NCBI GenBank assembly: GCA_965203445.1 | Contig: OZ241883.1 | Location: forward strand, 2,176,001 to 2,240,000 | Source of the DNA: Candidatus Oxydemutator sp. | GTDB lineage: Bacteria; Pseudomonadota; Gammaproteobacteria; Poriferisulfidales; Oxydemutatoraceae | Length of the DNA: 64,000 nt | Direction: 5' to 3' | Shown: piece after piece, positions 38,662-50,557 of the stretch | How the letters are laid out: each line of letters opens with the position of its first letter | Position numbering within the stretch: position 1 is the stretch's first letter | Made by a program: the position numbers and the translations under genes | Notes under the pieces: model-generated | What the model saw: the letters and a program-made list of their open reading frames with translations, nothing else | What the model was told of the DNA's origin: nothing | Database searches by the model: none

Positions 38662-39642
38662 ATGAGCAAAGCGAAACAGAAAGTAATCGTCACGCGACGC
38701 TGGCCGTCCGTCGTCGAGGATGAGCTACGGCAGATGTGCGACGACGTGCGCCTGAACGAACAAGACCGTCCGCTGTCGCGCGAGCAGCTGCAGGACGCGC
38801 TGCGCGACGCCGATTGCGTGCTGCCGACGGTGACCGACGCGATGGACGCCGAGACCCTCGGCGTCGAAAACCCGCGCTGTCGGTTCCTCGGCAACTTCGG
38901 CGTCGGCTTCAACCACATAGACCTCGAGGCCGCGAAAAAAGCCGGGATGGCCGTCACCAACACGCCGGAAGTACTGACCGACTGCACCGCCGACATCGCG
39001 ATGATCCTGCTGCTGTCGGTGGCGCGGCGCATCGGCGAGGGCGAGCGCCACGTGCGCGCGCGCCAGTGGAGCGGCTGGCGCCCGACCCACATGACCGGCA
39101 CCAAGGTCACCGGCAAGACGCTCGGACTGGTCGGCTTCGGGCGCATCGCGTGCGCGGTCGCGCGCCGCGCGCACTTCGGCTTCGGCATGAAAATCCTGTT
39201 CCACGACCCGTTCGATCCGCCGCCGGAGGTCGTGCGCGAGCTGAGCGCGACCCCGTATCCGTCGCTCGAGGCACTGATCCCCGAAGCCGACTTCCTGTCG
39301 CTGCACTGCCCCGGCGGCGAAAAAACCTACCATCTGATGAACCGCGAACGAATCGCGCTGATGAAACCCGGCGCCTTTCTGATCAACACCGCGCGCGGCG
39401 ACGTCATAGACAACGAAGCGCTGATCGAGGCGCTGAAAGACCGCTCGATAGCGGGCGCCGGTTTAGACGTGTATGAAGGCGAACCGGACCTGAACCCCGG
39501 CTTTCTCGACCTGGAGAACGCGGTGCTGCTGCCGCATCTCGGCAGCGCGTCGCAGGAGACCCGCGTCGCCATGGGCCGCCGCGTGCTGCAAAACCTGCGC
39601 GCCTGGCTGGCGGGCGAGAAACTGCCCGATCAGGTCGCCTGA
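38662..39642 (+). CDS. D-glycerate dehydrogenase / hydroxypyruvate-glyoxylate reductase
   Basis: VTNTPEVLT, GLVGFGRI, INTARG, AGLDVYE.EP, LPHLGSA. Confidence 0.88.
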   Translation: MSKAKQKVIVTRRWPSVVEDELRQMCDDVRLNEQDRPLSREQLQDALRDADCVLPTVTDAMDAETLGVENPRCRFLGNFGVGFNHIDLEAAKKAGMAVTNTPEVLTDCTADIAMILLLSVARRIGEGERHVRARQWSGWRPTHMTGTKVTGKTLGLVGFGRIACAVARRAHFGFGMKILFHDPFDPPPEVVRELSATPYPSLEALIPEADFLSLHCPGGEKTYHLMNRERIALMKPGAFLINTARGDVIDNEALIEALKDRSIAGAGLDVYEGEPDLNPGFLDLENAVLLPHLGSASQETRVAMGRRVLQNLRAWLAGEKLPDQVA

Positions 39643-39770
39643 AACGCCTAGACCGACCCACCCCGGGCCAGCCCCCGCCCCAACGGGGCCCCAGCGGGCG
39701 CGTGGCGGGCAACGTCCCGGAGACGGCCCGCTTTCGCGCCAATGACGGACCAAGGAGGACCGGACGGGGC

Positions 39771-42280
<2,510 letters not shown>

Positions 42281-42335
42281 CGCCCGGTCGTCACTTTGCC
42301 GTGGTCGCCATGCGTCGCGCGGCGTCGCGGCAACG

Positions 42336-42533
42336 TCAATAGCCGCGACCGGCGACGTATATCAGCACGGCGCCGCCGATCAGCGCGACCAAACCCAGCG
42401 CCCTGAGCCGGAAATTGCTGAGCTGCTCCACCATCCTCGCCACGCCGCGCGATTTCTCAGGACTTAAGAACGGCAGCAAACCCTCGAAGATCATCACCAG
42501 ACCGAGGACCACGAACAAGTCCGACCATCTCAT
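42336..42533 (-). CDS. DUF2065 small membrane protein
   Basis: LGLVMIFEGLLPFLSP...LR..G; conserved position after hflC. Confidence 0.85.
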   Translation of the reverse strand: MRWSDLFVVLGLVMIFEGLLPFLSPEKSRGVARMVEQLSNFRLRALGLVALIGGAVLIYVAGRGY

Positions 42534-42623
42534 TCGGGACTATCCGTCGCCATGTCGGTAACAAGCGGTGGCAGGCTGCGCGGTTGCGGGGTGAGCGCCG
42601 TAGGACGCGGGGAGCCACCCGAC

Positions 42624-43484
42624 TCAGGGGCTGCCTTGTTTGTCGAAATAATTGAAAAACTCCGAATCGGGTTCGACCACGAGCGTATCGTTGCCGCCGA
42701 AGGCGTCCTCGTAGGCGCCGATGCTGCGCATGAAGGCGTAGAACTCAGGATCCAGGTTATAGGCCTCGGCATAGGTCTTGGCCGAGGTGGCGTCGCCGTC
42801 GCCGCGAATTTTCTCGGCCTCACGGTAGGCGTCGGCGACGATCTCGATGCGCTCGCGGTCGGCCTTGGCGCGGATGCGCTCGGCCTCCTCCATGCCGCGC
42901 GCGCGGAAGTCCCTGGCCACGCGGTTGCGCTCGGCGCGCATGCGCGAATACACCGCGCCGCTGACGTCGTCGGGCAGATCAATGCGGCTTACGCGCACGT
43001 CCACGACCTCGATGCCCAGTTCGCTGGCAAGCGAGTTGGCCTTGACTTGCAGACTCTCCATGATCGCGCTGCGCTCGCCGGAGACGGCCTGCTTGATCGT
43101 GCGCTTGCCGAACTCGTTGCGCAGGCCATCCTTCATGATCTGCGACAGGCGGCTCTGGGCGTTGCGCTCGTCGCCGCGCGTCGCGCGGTAGTACTGCGCC
43201 ACGTTGAGGATGCGCCACTTGGCGAAGAAGTCCACGGTGACGTTCTTCTTCTCGACCGTCAGGAAGCTTTCCGGGCGCGCGTTCAGCGTCAGGATGCGCG
43301 CGTCGAACACGCGCGCGTTGTTGATCAACGGGTATTTGAAATGCAACCCCGGCTTGACGTCGGAACGCACGATCTCGCCCAGGCGGAACAGCAGCGCCTT
43401 CTCGCGCTGATCGACGATATAGGTCGAGAAATAGACGACGACCGCAAGCAGGGCGACGACGGCGCCGGTCACTTTAGCGCCCAT
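42624..43484 (-). CDS. hflC: FtsH modulator HflC
   Basis: PGLHFK.P, VD.FAKWRI, VY.RM.AER, FY.F.RS..AY. Confidence 0.95.
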   Translation of the reverse strand: MGAKVTGAVVALLAVVVYFSTYIVDQREKALLFRLGEIVRSDVKPGLHFKYPLINNARVFDARILTLNARPESFLTVEKKNVTVDFFAKWRILNVAQYYRATRGDERNAQSRLSQIMKDGLRNEFGKRTIKQAVSGERSAIMESLQVKANSLASELGIEVVDVRVSRIDLPDDVSGAVYSRMRAERNRVARDFRARGMEEAERIRAKADRERIEIVADAYREAEKIRGDGDATSAKTYAEAYNLDPEFYAFMRSIGAYEDAFGGNDTLVVEPDSEFFNYFDKQGSP

Positions 43485-44643
43485 CGCGTCCCTCTCTCGC
43501 GCCGCGCAACGCGCGACGCGCCTGCGACGTCATCTTTTCGCGCATGGACTGCGCGTCGCCGGACGAGGTGCCGGCGTCACCGGCGGCTTCGGGCACGGGC
43601 GGCACGTTGCCACCACCCTTCATCAGGCGGTCGAGCGGCAGGTAGAATATGTTGTTGCTGCCCTTGACGTCCACCATGACCTTGTTGCTCTTCGACAATA
43701 CCGACTGCATCGCCTGCAGATAGAGGCGCTTGCGCGTGACCTCGGGCGCCTTGCGGTATTCCCCGTAGAGCTTCAGAAAGCGATGCGCCTCGCCCTCGGA
43801 GTTCGCGGTCACGCGCTCGCGGTAGGCGGTCGCCTCCTGCACCATGCGCGCGGCCTCGCCACGCGCCTGCGGGATGATGCCGTTGGAGTAGGCCTCGGCC
43901 TCGTTGATGAAGCGGATCTCGTCCTCGCGCGCCTTGATGGCGTCGGCGAACGCGCCCTGCACCGCCTCCGGCGGCTGCGACTGCTGCAAGTTCACCGTCA
44001 CCACCTCGAGGCCGGAGCGGTACTGGTCCAGCACCTGCTGCATCAGCTGCTTGATGCGCGCGGCGATCTCGGCGCGCCCCTCGCCCAGCACGAAGTCCAT
44101 GCGGCTCTTGCCGACGACCTCGCGCAGCGCGCTCTCCATGACCTGGAACAGGGTGCCGACCGACTGGTCGCGGAAGTCCTCGCCGACGTCCGGCAGGCGC
44201 ACGTTGAACAGATAGTTCGAGGCGTCCTTGACGCGGTACTGCACCGCCAGCTCGACCTCGACGATGTTCTCGTCCTCGGTCAGCATGTGCGACTTGTTGG
44301 TCGCCGAGCGAATACGGTCAACGTCCACTTCCTCGACCGTCTCTATCGGGTACGGAATGTGCCAGTGCGGACCGGGCAGCGTCGTCGCACTGTACGCGCC
44401 GAAGCGCAACTCCACCCCGCGCTGGCCCTCGCTGACGATGTAGATGCCGGAGAACAGCCAGATCACTACGAGCAGCGCGGCTATCAGGCCGAGATTCAGC
44501 GAGCTGATCCTGCCGCCGCCACCCTTGCCGCCGAAGCCGCCACCGAACATCTTGCGAAATATCTCGAACAAATCGGGCGGGCCGCCGCCGGCGCCGGATT
44601 TCCACGGATCGCGTTCGCCGTTTGATGATTGGTTCCAAGGCAT
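43474..44643 (-). CDS. hflK: FtsH modulator HflK
   Basis: MPWN...DPW...GPPDL, MLTEDENIV, VQ.AF.D, APEVTR.RLY. Confidence 0.95.
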   Translation of the reverse strand: MPWNQSSNGERDPWKSGAGGGPPDLFEIFRKMFGGGFGGKGGGGRISSLNLGLIAALLVVIWLFSGIYIVSEGQRGVELRFGAYSATTLPGPHWHIPYPIETVEEVDVDRIRSATNKSHMLTEDENIVEVELAVQYRVKDASNYLFNVRLPDVGEDFRDQSVGTLFQVMESALREVVGKSRMDFVLGEGRAEIAARIKQLMQQVLDQYRSGLEVVTVNLQQSQPPEAVQGAFADAIKAREDEIRFINEAEAYSNGIIPQARGEAARMVQEATAYRERVTANSEGEAHRFLKLYGEYRKAPEVTRKRLYLQAMQSVLSKSNKVMVDVKGSNNIFYLPLDRLMKGGGNVPPVPEAAGDAGTSSGDAQSMREKMTSQARRALRGAREGRDGR

Positions 44644-44809
44644 GATGGTCAGTATATTGAAAGTCGCCTGCGGGCGCAAGATTGTATAAGGCCAGAAACA
44701 TACTGGACTCTATTCCGAACGGCAAAAGGTGGCCGACGTGCTTTATTTACACGTCGGCTGTCTTTTTGCGGCTAGGATATTGTCCGGTATGTTTCTGGCC
44801 CCATACACC

Positions 44810-45493
44810 TCAGCGTGCCGCCAGTTGTCGCAGCACCTCGTGCGCGACCGGCGCGGACGACGCCGGGTTCTGGCCGGTTATCAAGTTGTCCGCCACCGCG
44901 ACGTGCGGCTGCCAGTCGTCGCCCTTGGAATAGCGCCCGCCGTTCTCTTTCAGGTCATCCTCGACCAGAAAAGGCACGACGTCGCGCAATCCGGCCGCGT
45001 CCTCCTCGGTGTTGGAAAAACCCGTCACCGCGCGGTGGCGCACCAATGGCGCGCCGTCCGGCGTCTTCGCGCGACGCAGCACGCACGGCCCGTGGCAGAC
45101 CGCTGCGACCGGCTTGCCGGCGGCGTGCATCGTCTCGACCAGCGCGATTGAGGAAGCGTCCTCGGCCAGATCCCACAACGGCCCGTGGCCACCCGGATAA
45201 AACACCGCATCGTAGTCCGCGCCCGACACGTCGGCCAGCTTCAACGTGGCGGCGAGCGCCTGCTGCGCCTCGTCGTCGCCCTTGAAGCGCGTGATCGCCT
45301 CGGTCTGCGAAGCAGGATCGTCGCTCTTCGGATCGAGCGGCGGCTGCCCGCCCGCGGGCGAGGCCAGCGCAATCTCGGCGCCGGCGTCTTTGAACACGTA
45401 GTACGGCGCCGCCAGCTCCTCGAGCCAGAAACCGGTAGCGGCACCAGTGTCGCCGAGGCGGTCGTGGGACGTCAAGACTATCAGGATTTTCAT
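44810..45493 (-). CDS. DJ-1/PfpI (Hsp31-like) type 1 glutamine amidotransferase-domain protein
   Basis: TSHD.LG.TG..TGFW.EE.AAPYY, FYPGGHGP.WDL, AVCHGP, ITGQNPAS. Confidence 0.92.
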   Translation of the reverse strand: MKILIVLTSHDRLGDTGAATGFWLEELAAPYYVFKDAGAEIALASPAGGQPPLDPKSDDPASQTEAITRFKGDDEAQQALAATLKLADVSGADYDAVFYPGGHGPLWDLAEDASSIALVETMHAAGKPVAAVCHGPCVLRRAKTPDGAPLVRHRAVTGFSNTEEDAAGLRDVVPFLVEDDLKENGGRYSKGDDWQPHVAVADNLITGQNPASSAPVAHEVLRQLAAR

Positions 45494-45579
45494 TTGATGA
45501 TTATACCGCCAATCCCGGACAACGGCAAAGTTCCAAGACCAATGGGAGGACTATCTGATCTACTCGAACACGCGAACCG

Positions 45580-46893
45580 TCAAGTGCGCAGACCGGCACC
45601 AGCGCGGCCGTCGCGCACCGCGACGCGGCCGAAGCGTTTTTGCAGTCTCCGCAGCGCGATCTCTCCCAGCTCGAAGCGCAGGCTCCAACCCTCGTCCGGA
45701 ACGTAGCGCTCGCTCAGGATGCTGCCGTTGTCGTAGAGGAAAGCGCGCAAGGCGGGGGCGCCGACCGGCACGTCGAGCCGGTAGATGCGCCGACGCGGCG
45801 ACAGTTGCTCGTGCAGGGCCCGTTTGAGCAAATCCAGCCCCTGCCGCGCCAGCGCCGACAAGCGCACGCCGGCGACGCCGGCACGCGCGCCGTTGCCGCG
45901 CACCAGGCACGGCTGCTCGCCGATGCGATCTATCTTGTTGAACACGTTGATCTTCGGGATGCCGGCGGCGCCGATCGAGGCGAGCACCACCTCGACCTGG
46001 TGGCGGCGTTCGGCGCAGTCCGGATCGGAGGCGTCCTCGACGTGCACGATCAAGTCGGACTCGCGCACTTCCAGCAGCGTCGCATTGAACGCCTCGACCA
46101 GTTCGTGCGGCAGATTGCGGATGAAGCCGACCGTGTCGCCGATCAACACGCCGCCGCCGGGAAGATTCACCTTGCGAACGAGCGGATCGAGCGTCGCGAA
46201 CATCCTGCTCTCGCCGTCGGCGCCGGATTCGGTCAGCGCGCGGAACAGGGTGGATTTGCCGGCGTTGGTGTAACCCACCAGCGCGACCGAGAACAGCGCG
46301 TTCTTGCGGCGCCGGCGCCGGCGCTGCCGACGCTGGCGCTTGATGCGCTCGAGCTGGCGCGCGATGCCGTCCATGCGCCGGCGCAGGAGACGGCGGTCGG
46401 TCTCGAGCTGCTTCTCGCCGGGGCCACGCAGGCCGATGCCGCCCTTTTGCCGCTCGAGGTGGCTCCAGCCACGCACAAGGCGCGTCGAGAGGTACTCGAG
46501 CTGCGCCAGTTCGACCTGCAACTTGCCCTCGTGCGACTGCGCCCTCTGCGAGAAAATGTCCAGTATCAGGCCGGTGCGGTCGAGCACCCTCGCCTGGATG
46601 CGGCTTTCGAGGTTGCGCTCCTGCCCCGGCGTCAGGTCGCGGTCCACAATCAGCAGACGCACGTCGTTTTCACGCACCCATTGCCGAACCTCCTCGGCCT
46701 TGCCGCTGCCGATGAAGTAGCGGGGATCGGGGCGGGTGCGACGCGCGCGCATCAAACCGCGACTCTCTACGCCAGCAGACGCGGCCAATTCGACAAACTC
46801 ATTTAGACCGCGCCGCCCGCCGCGTGCGCCGACGGCAACGGACATCAGCAACGCCGCGCTGCGGTCAGCGGCGGCGGCGGTTTCGTCCGTCAT
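45580..46893 (-). CDS. hflX: GTPase HflX
   Basis: IG.GK.EE, LDIF.QRA, GPGE.QLE.DRR, GYTNAGKST, DTVGFI. Confidence 0.96.
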   Translation of the reverse strand: MTDETAAAADRSAALLMSVAVGARGGRRGLNEFVELAASAGVESRGLMRARRTRPDPRYFIGSGKAEEVRQWVRENDVRLLIVDRDLTPGQERNLESRIQARVLDRTGLILDIFSQRAQSHEGKLQVELAQLEYLSTRLVRGWSHLERQKGGIGLRGPGEKQLETDRRLLRRRMDGIARQLERIKRQRRQRRRRRRKNALFSVALVGYTNAGKSTLFRALTESGADGESRMFATLDPLVRKVNLPGGGVLIGDTVGFIRNLPHELVEAFNATLLEVRESDLIVHVEDASDPDCAERRHQVEVVLASIGAAGIPKINVFNKIDRIGEQPCLVRGNGARAGVAGVRLSALARQGLDLLKRALHEQLSPRRRIYRLDVPVGAPALRAFLYDNGSILSERYVPDEGWSLRFELGEIALRRLQKRFGRVAVRDGRAGAGLRT

Positions 46894-46922
46894 CGGCCTC
46901 CATGGGGGGCATCATATGGGAA

Positions 46923-47415
46923 TTATATACATGACACCATCGAGTGGTACCGTGTATCCATTTGACGTTCCACCAGATGAGTCGCCCCTCCGGTTTTACC
47001 ACGTCCAGCAGCCCCATTCCCGAAGGCCAATATGTTCCATGCGGTATTCACGTCCGCATTATCCCGATAGCCGCACGTGAAATCCCGGGCGGCCGCCCTC
47101 CTTCTTGAAGAATTGCCGGTATGCCGTCTCTATAGGCTTCAACGACTGCCGCACTATCGCCATGGAATACTCCTGCAACCACGTATCCTCGTCCCTGCGC
47201 AACGACGTGAACCGCTTTCCCAGGGAATAAAACCGGTAATGGCACTCGTTATGCGTGGCGTACTCGCCACGCAACTTGGCCACAAAATGGTTCCACACGA
47301 ACCGGCACGCACCGGCGGTGCCCGCCAACTTGCGCGCCTTGGCCTGCGTCTGCGTGTGCAGCCGATAGCCGATTGTCCGGTGTGTCTTCATTCAATCTCG
47401 TTTGATGGTATCAAA
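46923..47415 (-). mobile_element. tnpB: Internally deleted IS200/IS605-family tnpB remnant
   Basis: N-terminus YRL...G.CRFVWN...WL...Q.L...AY..FF....P.F is fused out of frame to the C-terminus CGYRDNADVNTAWNIL; perfect palindrome TTTGAT-GGT-ATCAAA at 47401-47415. Confidence 0.85.
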
Positions 47416-47441
47416 TATATTCCCCATCATATCACTTCTCA

Positions 47442-47625
47442 AGGCAGCAGTACGCTTGGAGCGTCGTGGCGGGAGTCTGACGAATACCTGAAGCACGCGG
47501 GCAGAGAACACTGCTGCACCTACCCGCGTCGTCCGAAGAGGAACGCCCGAAGAGGAATACACCGGGAAAGCGCTTCAACTTCAACCCGGCAGGAGGAGTT
47601 CGCGGATTACCAGGAACATGGATTG
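47442..47625. ncRNA. Candidate structured or GGA-rich non-coding RNA (unidentified)
   Basis: No convincing ORF; 10 GGA motifs on +; a hairpin whose loop is complementary to 47444-47451. Confidence 0.25.
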
Positions 47626-47725
47626 TTTGTGGCCCCATACATACACTTTATTTCTGGCGGCGTGGCCATTATGATAGCAGCCCGAACGGGGTGGCGCGCC
47701 GCCACGACCCAAGCCAGAGACGACG

Positions 47726-48916
47726 ATGCCGACCAGACCCTTCGCCCAACGTACGCAAAAAATCAGCCCGTCGCAGACGCTCAGCATATCGGCGCTGTCG
47801 AACCGGTTGCGCGCCGAGGGCAAGGACGTCATCAACCTGGCCGTCGGCCAGCCGGATTTTCCGACGCCGGAACACGTCAAGGACGCGGCCGCGCGCGCGA
47901 TGCGCGACGGCAAGACCGGTTATACCGCGGTCGACGGCACCGCGGAACTGAAGCAGGCCATCGTGAACAAGCTCAAACGCGACAACGACCTCGACTACGC
48001 GAGCGAACAAATCATAGTGTCGTGCGGCGCCAAGCACAGCCTCTACAACCTTTGCCAGGCGCTGCTCGACGACGGCGACGAGGTGCTGACGCCGGCGCCG
48101 TTTTGGATCTCGTACCCGGAAATGATCAAGCTCGCCGACGCCGAGCCGGTGATTATCGCCGCCGACGGCGCCCAGAACTACAAGATTACCGCGCCGCAGT
48201 TGCGGCGCTACATCAACGAGAATACCCGGCTGCTGATGCTGAACAGTCCGAACAACCCGTCGGGGATGTTGTACTCAAGGGACGAACTGGCGGCGCTCGC
48301 CGAAGTGCTGTTGCAGCACCCGAACGTCTATATATGCAGCGACGACATCTACGAACACTTCGTGTTCACCGGCGAACCGTTCGTGAACATCGTCAACGTA
48401 TGCCCGGAGCTGCACGCCAGAACCATCGTGATCAACGGCGTGTCGAAGGCCTACTCGATGACCGGCTGGCGCATCGGCTACGCCGCCGGCCCCGAAAAAC
48501 TGATAGCGGTGATGAAAAAAATCCAGTCGCAGAGCACCTCGAACCCGTGCTCGATCTCGCAGGAGGCGGCGCGCGCGGCGATGGACGGGCCGCTCGATTT
48601 CGTCGTCAACATGCGCGAGACCTTCACCGCGCGCCGCGCCTACGCCTACGACGCGCTGCAAAAAATGGACGGCGTAGAGGCGCTGGAACCGGACGGAAGT
48701 TTTTATATATTCCCGAATTTTTCGGGCGTCATCGAGCGCCACCCCGAGGTGAACAACGACTTGGAATTGGCCGAGTATCTATTGATGAAACACCACGTGG
48801 CGACGGTGCCGGGCATCGCGTTCGGCATGGCCAACCACCTGCGCTTCTCGTTCGCGACCGAAACCGAGACGTTGAAAAGAGCCATAGACAGGGTCAGGGA
48901 AATGGTCGGGGGATGA
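47726..48916 (+). CDS. aspC: Aspartate aminotransferase (class I/II PLP-dependent)
   Basis: G.PDFPTP, GAKHSL, LNSPNNPSG, SDDIYEH, NGVSKAYSMTGWRIGY. Confidence 0.92.
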   Translation: MPTRPFAQRTQKISPSQTLSISALSNRLRAEGKDVINLAVGQPDFPTPEHVKDAAARAMRDGKTGYTAVDGTAELKQAIVNKLKRDNDLDYASEQIIVSCGAKHSLYNLCQALLDDGDEVLTPAPFWISYPEMIKLADAEPVIIAADGAQNYKITAPQLRRYINENTRLLMLNSPNNPSGMLYSRDELAALAEVLLQHPNVYICSDDIYEHFVFTGEPFVNIVNVCPELHARTIVINGVSKAYSMTGWRIGYAAGPEKLIAVMKKIQSQSTSNPCSISQEAARAAMDGPLDFVVNMRETFTARRAYAYDALQKMDGVEALEPDGSFYIFPNFSGVIERHPEVNNDLELAEYLLMKHHVATVPGIAFGMANHLRFSFATETETLKRAIDRVREMVGG

Positions 48917-48969
48917 TATAATAAAGCCTCTGACGAAGGCGCGTCGCGCGCGCACGCAGGAGAAACCCG

Positions 48970-49419
48970 ATGAAAAAAACGAAAGAAATTTGCGCAGTAT
49001 TGCTCAGCTCGATACTGCTATCCGCCTGTATGAGCGCCGCTCAACATAAAGAAGCGGTCCAGGACGACTCCGCCGATCGAATGACTGTCGGGAAGGTCCA
49101 AAAAGAAATACGGGTAGGAATGACCGGGGCAGACGTTGCCACAGTCCTGGGATCCCCCAATATCGTAACCACCGATGAAAAAAGAAACGAAGTATGGATA
49201 TACGACAAAATTGCCACCGATACCGCCTATTCAAAAAGCAAAGGAGGAATTCTCGCGTTGATTTTGGGTGGTCGCTCTTCAGTCGGGGCCGGAGTAGGTG
49301 GAGGAGTCAGCCGCTCTGCTGGAGCAGACAGCAAATCGCAAAGGACGTTAACTGTAGTTATCAAATTTGATGATAAAGGAAAAGTAAAAGACTTTGCCTA
49401 CCACACGTCGCGATTCTAA
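48970..49419 (+). CDS. SmpA/OmlA(BamE)-like outer-membrane lipoprotein
   Basis: Lipobox LLSAC; GMT...V...LGSP...EVWIY...L.V.F...G.V. Confidence 0.75.
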   Translation: MKKTKEICAVLLSSILLSACMSAAQHKEAVQDDSADRMTVGKVQKEIRVGMTGADVATVLGSPNIVTTDEKRNEVWIYDKIATDTAYSKSKGGILALILGGRSSVGAGVGGGVSRSAGADSKSQRTLTVVIKFDDKGKVKDFAYHTSRF

Positions 49420-49437
49420 GAAAACGCAAATCAGTCA

Positions 49438-49989
49438 ATGAAGACATTGATAAAAAACTCATCCTGCCGCTCCACAGCACTGTTCTTGTGCCTGATTACA
49501 GCTGGGTGCGCACCGCAAATACCCGAAGACGCCCTGCAACTCTCACCGGAAACTTTGGAGCAAAGAACTCTCCAGACAAGAAAATACGAAGGCATTTCCG
49601 AAAAAAAACTGTTGGCCGCCTCTACAGGCATCATACAAGACTTAGGATTTAATCTCGACGAAAGCGAAACAAGTCTAGGCATCGTGGTCGGCTCAAAAGA
49701 GAGGGACGCCACCGAGGCCGGTCAGATAATCCTTTCTGTCCTTCTCGCGTCACTCACTGGATCGGTAACGCCCGTTGACAAGGAACAAAAAATACGAGTG
49801 GCCCTAGTAATCAGGCCAGCAACTAAAGACGATGACAAAAACCATTTCGTTAGGATCTCTTTTCAGAGGATTGTCTGGAACACCCAGGGGGATATAAGCA
49901 AAGTCGAAAGCATCAATGATCCAGAGATATATCAGAAGTTTTTTAGCAGTCTATCCAAATCCGTTTTCCTGGAGGCACAAGAAATATGA
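49438..49989 (+). CDS. Hypothetical lipoprotein
   Basis: Lipobox ITAGC; R.LQTR.Y...QDLGF..D.....LG motif shared with the next gene. Confidence 0.75.
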   Translation: MKTLIKNSSCRSTALFLCLITAGCAPQIPEDALQLSPETLEQRTLQTRKYEGISEKKLLAASTGIIQDLGFNLDESETSLGIVVGSKERDATEAGQIILSVLLASLTGSVTPVDKEQKIRVALVIRPATKDDDKNHFVRISFQRIVWNTQGDISKVESINDPEIYQKFFSSLSKSVFLEAQEI

Positions 49990-50411
49990 AACGATCAATG
50001 ATCGCGCTGGTTTCGGTCGCTGTATGTTTTCTGGCGACAAGTTGCCAAATGTCTTCGAAACAGCAGATTTTAGCGACGTCGCAAAGTCAAGTCAGCCTGC
50101 GCAGTATCCAAACACGGGCATTTGATACGACGGAAAAAAATAAGACTCTGCGGACCGTCATAGCGACCCTGCAAGATTTGGGTTTCATAGTGGACAAAGC
50201 CGACGAAACTCTTGGCACTGTCAGCGCGACAAAATTAGACGGCTATCAACTCAGAATGACCGTCACGGTCCGCCCTAGAGGGAAAACGCAATTACTGGTC
50301 AGAGCGAGCGCTCAGTATCAAAACACGGCGGTGGATGACCCTCAACCCTATCAGGATTTTTTCACTGCTCTTGGAAAATCAATGTTCCTGACTGCACATT
50401 CAGTAGAGTGA
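49986..50411 (+). CDS. Hypothetical lipoprotein, paralog of the preceding gene
   Basis: Lipobox LATSC; RSIQTR.F...LQDLGF.VD...LG...YQ.FF..L.KS.FL. Confidence 0.75.
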   Translation: MKRSMIALVSVAVCFLATSCQMSSKQQILATSQSQVSLRSIQTRAFDTTEKNKTLRTVIATLQDLGFIVDKADETLGTVSATKLDGYQLRMTVTVRPRGKTQLLVRASAQYQNTAVDDPQPYQDFFTALGKSMFLTAHSVE

Positions 50412-50508
50412 CAGCCTTCCCGACCAAATAGATCACGATACACCCCGCCCGCAAACAAGTCTGAAACTCTGGCAACCGGCTATAAAAATAAACTGAGCTT
50501 CATGCTGA

Positions 50509-50538
50509 TTGACTTGTCGCCACCCTCTCCTTTACACT
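50509..50538 (+). promoter_or_regulatory. Putative sigma70 promoter of tRNA-Asn (TTGACT-N18-TACACT)
   Basis: Motif match about 20 nt upstream of the tRNA. Confidence 0.55.
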
Positions 50539-50557
50539 TTCAGTCTGCTCCTTGCGT

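Noticed and set aside
46894-47060. hfq remnant upstream of hflX
   Set aside because: The sequence translates as a TnpB C-terminus; no YKHAI motif.
47477-47570. Hammerhead (CTGACGA...GAAA) or HDV-like ribozyme
   Set aside because: The required flanking stems and conserved core positions could not be built.
47440-47640. tmRNA, 6S RNA, or an IStron group I intron upstream of tnpB
   Set aside because: Too short for tmRNA and lacking a tRNA-like end or tag ORF; no convincing 6S rod or P/Q/R/S intron elements.
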